A DNA stretch of 50,782 nt from contig JAMWZF010000001.1 of the NCBI GenBank assembly GCA_024304875.1, positions 1 to 50,782 of the forward strand. Direction: 5' to 3'. Both the position numbers and the translations under genes were made by a program. The first letter of the stretch is position 1. Every line of letters starts with the position of its first letter. The DNA comes from Paracoccaceae bacterium. Lineage in GTDB: Bacteria > Pseudomonadota > Alphaproteobacteria > Rhodobacterales > Rhodobacteraceae. Below, in pieces: positions 46,983 to 50,782 of this stretch. The notes under the pieces were generated by a model, which was not told where the DNA came from, searched no databases, and saw only the letters and a list, made by a program, of their open reading frames with translations.

Positions 46983-48089
46983 ATGTGGCCTTACTGGATC
47001 CTCTTCCTCATTCCGGCCATGGTCGCGATCTCGGCGCAGCCCGCCCGGACCCTGCGCGCCGACGGATCCCGGCGGATCACGCTGACCGGGTCCTGGCTGC
47101 TGGTCCTGATCGTCTTCATCCTCTTCATCGGACTAAGGGACCGGGTCGGCGGGGACTGGTTCAACTATTTCAACTACCTGTTCCGCGCCGAGACCCAGAC
47201 CGTGCAGGAGGCCCTGCAGCGCGCCGATCCCGCCTATGAACTCCTGAACATCCTCAGCCTCGAGCTGGGCCTCGGGGTCGTCGGGGTCAACCTGTTCTGC
47301 GGCACCGTCTTCTCCCTCGGGTTGATCATCTATGCCCGGTCCATGCCGCGCCCCTGGCTCGCCCTCGCCGTGGCCATCCCCTACCTGACCGTCGTGGTCT
47401 CCATGGGCTATGCCCGCCAGGGAGTTGCATTGGGCTTTGCAATGATCGGGCTCGTCGCCCTTGGCCGCGACCGCTTCCTCTGGTTCGCCTTCTGGGTGGT
47501 CCTGGCCGCCAGCTTCCACCGCTCGGCGGTCTTCCTGATGAGCATCGCCCTGCTCAACCTCGATTTCCGGAAATTCATAAACCTGCCGATCCTGCTGCTG
47601 ATCGGCTTCGGGATGTATGTCGCCTTCCTCGAGGACAGCAGCGAGGTCCTGATCGAGGTATACATCGAATCCGAGATGCAGTCGGACGGCGCGTTCATCC
47701 GCCTGCTGATGAACGCGGTGCCGGCGCTTCTCTTCCTGCGCTACCGAAAGAGGTTCTCGATCAGCCGGGGCGAGTACAAGACCTACTCGACCATGTCCTA
47801 CCTGTCCCTGCTGTTCTTCGTCGCCCTGGTCGCCGGGCTGCTGCCCTCGACGGCCCTCGACCGCATGGCGCTCTACATCCTGCCGATCCAGGTCTTCGTC
47901 TTCTCCAGCCTGCCGGACAACATCGGGAAGACGGAGTCCGGCAGGAAAGGGATGATCTTCCTGATCCTGGCGTATTACACCCTGGTGCTGCTGGTCTGGC
48001 TCAACTTCGCAAACTTCTCGCACTGGTGGCTTCCCTACCGGATGTTCCCGCCCCTCGACATCTACGAGGCCTACGACATGAGCCGGTGA
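46983..48089 (+). CDS. EpsG-family membrane protein (putative Wzy-type polysaccharide polymerase)
   Basis: 368-aa polytopic ORF: GDWFNYFNYLF and MGYARQGVALGF are typical of the EpsG family. Confidence 0.7.
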   Translation: MWPYWILFLIPAMVAISAQPARTLRADGSRRITLTGSWLLVLIVFILFIGLRDRVGGDWFNYFNYLFRAETQTVQEALQRADPAYELLNILSLELGLGVVGVNLFCGTVFSLGLIIYARSMPRPWLALAVAIPYLTVVVSMGYARQGVALGFAMIGLVALGRDRFLWFAFWVVLAASFHRSAVFLMSIALLNLDFRKFINLPILLLIGFGMYVAFLEDSSEVLIEVYIESEMQSDGAFIRLLMNAVPALLFLRYRKRFSISRGEYKTYSTMSYLSLLFFVALVAGLLPSTALDRMALYILPIQVFVFSSLPDNIGKTESGRKGMIFLILAYYTLVLLVWLNFANFSHWWLPYRMFPPLDIYEAYDMSR

Positions 48090-48200
48090 GTGGCAGGGCC
48101 CGGCAACCGGACCGGCCGGGCCGCCGCTCGACGGTGGCGGGCCGAGGGGCTAGACTCATGATCGCCGACCTCGACGCATCAACCGAAGAGCCGCTGGAAA

Positions 48201-48830
48201 TTGACAGAGATACAGGAACGCGGCGACGCCAGGCCGCCCAAGGTTTTCGGAATCGGGTTCCACAAGACGGGAACCTCCACCCTGACAGAGATCCTGAGGG
48301 CCTTCGGATACAGGGTCACCGGCCCCAACTGGACGACCGAGGAGGATATCGCCGACACCTACCTCGAAAGATGCCGGGCGCTCTCGCGGACCTACGACGG
48401 CTTCCAGGACAATCCCTGGCCGCTGGTCTATCGCGAGATGGACCGGATGTGGCCGGGGTCGAAGTTTATCCTGACGACGCGCGACGAAGACAAATGGATC
48501 CAGTCCCAGATCAAGCATTTCGGGCGCCGCGAAACACCGATGAGACGGCTGATCTATGGCGAGAAATACGGCCGTCCCGCCGGGAACGCGGACCATTACG
48601 TTTCGGTTTTCCGCGCGCATAACGCGGCGGTCCGGGACTATTTCAGGGGCCGCGAGAACGACCTCCTCGAGATCGACCTCACGAAGACTCCCCAATGGCA
48701 GCCGATCTGCGACTTCCTCGGCGTCGATGTTCCCGACCTGCCTTTTCCTCACGCGAACTCCAGGGAGAGCCGCATGAGGAACGACCCGCTCTGGAAGCGG
48801 ATGGTGAAGAAGGTTCTTCTCAGGATATGA
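48201..48830 (+). CDS. Sulfotransferase family protein
   Basis: KVFGIGFHKTGTSTL PAPS-binding loop near the N-terminus. The only in-frame start after the upstream stop at 48159..48161 is TTG 48201. Confidence 0.65.
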   Translation: MTEIQERGDARPPKVFGIGFHKTGTSTLTEILRAFGYRVTGPNWTTEEDIADTYLERCRALSRTYDGFQDNPWPLVYREMDRMWPGSKFILTTRDEDKWIQSQIKHFGRRETPMRRLIYGEKYGRPAGNADHYVSVFRAHNAAVRDYFRGRENDLLEIDLTKTPQWQPICDFLGVDVPDLPFPHANSRESRMRNDPLWKRMVKKVLLRI

Positions 48831-48891
48831 GACCGGATCATCAGCCCCGGGCAGATACCGGACACCACAGCCCGAACCGATCGGCGGCCGC

Positions 48892-49725
48892 ATGAAGGTG
48901 CGGGACAGGTATTCCGTCTCGCAGAAGGCCACGATCCCCGCCTGGCTGCGTCATCGGTCCATCATGCTCGCCCAGGCCGTGCCGGACCTCTTCGCCAGGC
49001 CGCACCGGTCCGATGTCGACCACGTCCTGATATGTGGCTGCGGCCACAGCGGAACCACTCTCCTGGCGGCCAAGCTGGGCCAGCATTCCAGGGTCCTGCT
49101 GATCGAGCGCGAGACCGGGACCTTCGAGGGCACGGTCAGCGCCCATTGCGCGCGGCGCATCCTGACCGAATGGGACTATTTTGCACGAAAGCTGGGCAAG
49201 GCGGCCGTCGTCGAGAAGACGCCGAAGCACGTCCAGTTCATCGGCAAGATCAGGCGGATCCTGCCGGAGTCGAAACTGGTCTTCGTCTGCCGGAACCCCC
49301 TCGACAACATCGCCTCGCTCTACCTGAGGTTCAAGGATCTCGACGCCTGCATCGGTCGCTGGAATGCAGACAACCGGGCCGTGCTGGCGAACCGGGAGCG
49401 TCCCGGGACCCATCTGGTCCGCTACGAGGATCTCGTCTCCGCGCCCCGGGAGCAGATCTCCGGCCTGCTCGGCAAGCTCGGCTTCGAATGGGAACCGGAG
49501 ATACTCGATCCGGGTCGATCGACCTATGCCACGGCCGGGACGAAGGGGACGATGGCCGTCCGCGCCCGGCAGGTCCAGCGCGAGATCACGCGGAACACCG
49601 GCGGCTGGCGAAAGGTCTTCTCGCAGGCAGAGGCGGAGACGGTCATTGGCAGGACAAGGGCCGTGGCCGGTGCGCTCGGGTATCCGGCCGACCTGGCGGA
49701 CTACGACCGGTACGACCCCGACTGA
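48892..49725 (+). CDS. Sulfotransferase family protein
   Basis: 277-aa ORF: ICGCGHSGTTLL (5'-PSB loop), VFVCRNPLDNIAS (3'-PB region), RYEDLV. Confidence 0.75.
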   Translation: MKVRDRYSVSQKATIPAWLRHRSIMLAQAVPDLFARPHRSDVDHVLICGCGHSGTTLLAAKLGQHSRVLLIERETGTFEGTVSAHCARRILTEWDYFARKLGKAAVVEKTPKHVQFIGKIRRILPESKLVFVCRNPLDNIASLYLRFKDLDACIGRWNADNRAVLANRERPGTHLVRYEDLVSAPREQISGLLGKLGFEWEPEILDPGRSTYATAGTKGTMAVRARQVQREITRNTGGWRKVFSQAEAETVIGRTRAVAGALGYPADLADYDRYDPD

Positions 49726-49732
49726 AGGGCGC

Positions 49733-50782
49733 TCACTGCCGTTCCGCCAGCCGGCTGTCCTGGCGCAGGACGTCGAGAAGTCTCGCCGGCAACATCTCCT
49801 GCGCCGTCCGCCGGCTGATGTGGTTGTCGTCGCGGTAGAGCGGCACCCCGTCGGCGCCGGTGACCGCGCAGCGGGTGCCGTCGCAGAAGAGATCGTCCAG
49901 AGGAAGATACCGGACCCCCTCGTGGGCGCCGGCAATCTCCGACAGGATCCGGTTGGTCTGTCCCGCTCTCGCCCGAACATCCGCGGCGGACAATCCCGGT
50001 CCGGCGCGCCGGGCGCCGAGCATTTCGGCGCGCGCGCTGGCCCGCGGGACATCCCACCCCACTTCCGGAACGGACCCCACCAGGACGACACGGCGCCCGG
50101 TGTCGAGGATGTCCCGGACCGTCGCCGTCAGGGCCGCCTCGACAAGGGGGGCATTGCCGTCCTGCGCAGGGCGTCCCGCGGCGCCGCCCGCCCAGGTCAG
50201 GGCGACCGGCTGCCCGGCTTCCTGCCGGTACCGCGTCCCCTCGACCGAGAGGGGCCACCGGGCGGCGAGAATGACGACGGACATGTCGTCCCGCTCCCGC
50301 AGAAGGTCCCAGGCGGCGGCGTTGAGGGCGCTGCAGCGCCGGGATTCGGGAACGCGGTGCAGCTGCCGGAGCGGGGGACAGGCACTGGTTCCGATGAACA
50401 GTCCTGTCCGTCCCGCCTCCCGCGCCGCCAGGTCGACCCCCTGCCTCATGGCCTCCGCGTGGCTGTCGCCCCAGAACAGGAAGTCGACCGGGCGCCCGTC
50501 CGCCTCCGGACCCAGGGAGCAGAGGCCGTCGGACGGCAGCTTGTCGAAGCACCGGCGCCGGTCGGGGTTCTGGTTGTCGACCACGGCGGCCAGACTAGCG
50601 GCCTCGGGTGACAGCCGGCCGGGCAGGCCACCGGCCAGGTGAAGCCCCCCGCCGACCACGACCATCGACAGAAGCCCCAAGGCCGAGGCCGCGAGGACGG
50701 CCGTGCGCGGCCGATCGGCGGGGCCTTTCCTGCGGAAGGGTGTCTCGACGTATCTGTAGGACAGCCAGGAACAGAGGATCGA
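49733..50782 (-). CDS. SGNH-hydrolase-type C-terminal part of the junction-spanning AT3+SGNH O-acyltransferase (continues upstream at 1018..1)
   Basis: FLFWGDSHAEA (SGNH block I) and YRDDNHIS (block V). The reading frame stays open to the window end and joins 1..1018 once the 55-bp overlap is collapsed. Confidence 0.85.
   Translation of the reverse strand, partial: SILCSWLSYRYVETPFRRKGPADRPRTAVLAASALGLLSMVVVGGGLHLAGGLPGRLSPEAASLAAVVDNQNPDRRRCFDKLPSDGLCSLGPEADGRPVDFLFWGDSHAEAMRQGVDLAAREAGRTGLFIGTSACPPLRQLHRVPESRRCSALNAAAWDLLRERDDMSVVILAARWPLSVEGTRYRQEAGQPVALTWAGGAAGRPAQDGNAPLVEAALTATVRDILDTGRRVVLVGSVPEVGWDVPRASARAEMLGARRAGPGLSAADVRARAGQTNRILSEIAGAHEGVRYLPLDDLFCDGTRCAVTGADGVPLYRDDNHISRRTAQEMLPARLLDVLRQDSRLAERQ

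Noticed and set aside
48026-48622. Possible frameshifted sulfotransferase using the ATG at 48158 in another frame
   Set aside because: The ATG-initiated frame translates to Arg/Asp-rich sequence with no sulfotransferase motif. The motif-bearing frame is closed by TGA at 48159..48161 and restarts at TTG 48201. No evidence of a pseudogene.

Overview
High-GC (roughly two-thirds G+C) alphaproteobacterial sequence, probably Rhodobacterales. The first 55 nt recur exactly at the end (1..55 = 50728..50782), and one acyltransferase gene reads in frame across that junction. The window is therefore a complete circular plasmid of about 50,727 bp. Maintenance functions: a RepA (replication initiator protein A family) gene, a divergent parA-parB pair, an origin-like region (AT-rich stretch, iteron-like repeats, perfect DnaA box) and two copies of a GGTTTCGCATGCGAAACC palindrome (candidate parS). 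I found no transposase, integrase, relaxase, T4SS, toxin-antitoxin, CRISPR, tRNA or rRNA. The other ~45 kb is a surface-polysaccharide factory built around an exosortase system. It has an XrtD-type exosortase fused to EpsI, one VPLPA-CTERM cargo protein, a PrsT-like TPR lipoprotein and a priming sugar transferase. It also has a Wza-like exporter, an ExeA-like ATPase, a chain-length determinant, a BY-kinase-like ATPase and an EpsG-type polymerase. A 21-gene, ~25.4 kb minus-strand operon runs from 24416 through coordinate 1 to 49733. It encodes six glycosyltransferases, uronic-acid enzymes, an AsnB-type amidotransferase, three ATP-grasp ligases, a formyltransferase, two deacetylases, three acyltransferases, a sulfotransferase and an ABC exporter. 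Most worth a second look: (1) a class-III aminotransferase fused to an acyl-ACP-reductase-like domain; (2) an ATP-grasp fused to a low-molecular-weight phosphotyrosine phosphatase; (3) a 520-aa secreted protein of unknown family directly after the exosortase; (4) a rhomboid protease divergent from the only cargo gene; (5) a NusG/RfaH paralogue facing the long operon. All functional calls rest on motif recognition by eye and need HMM or BLAST confirmation.
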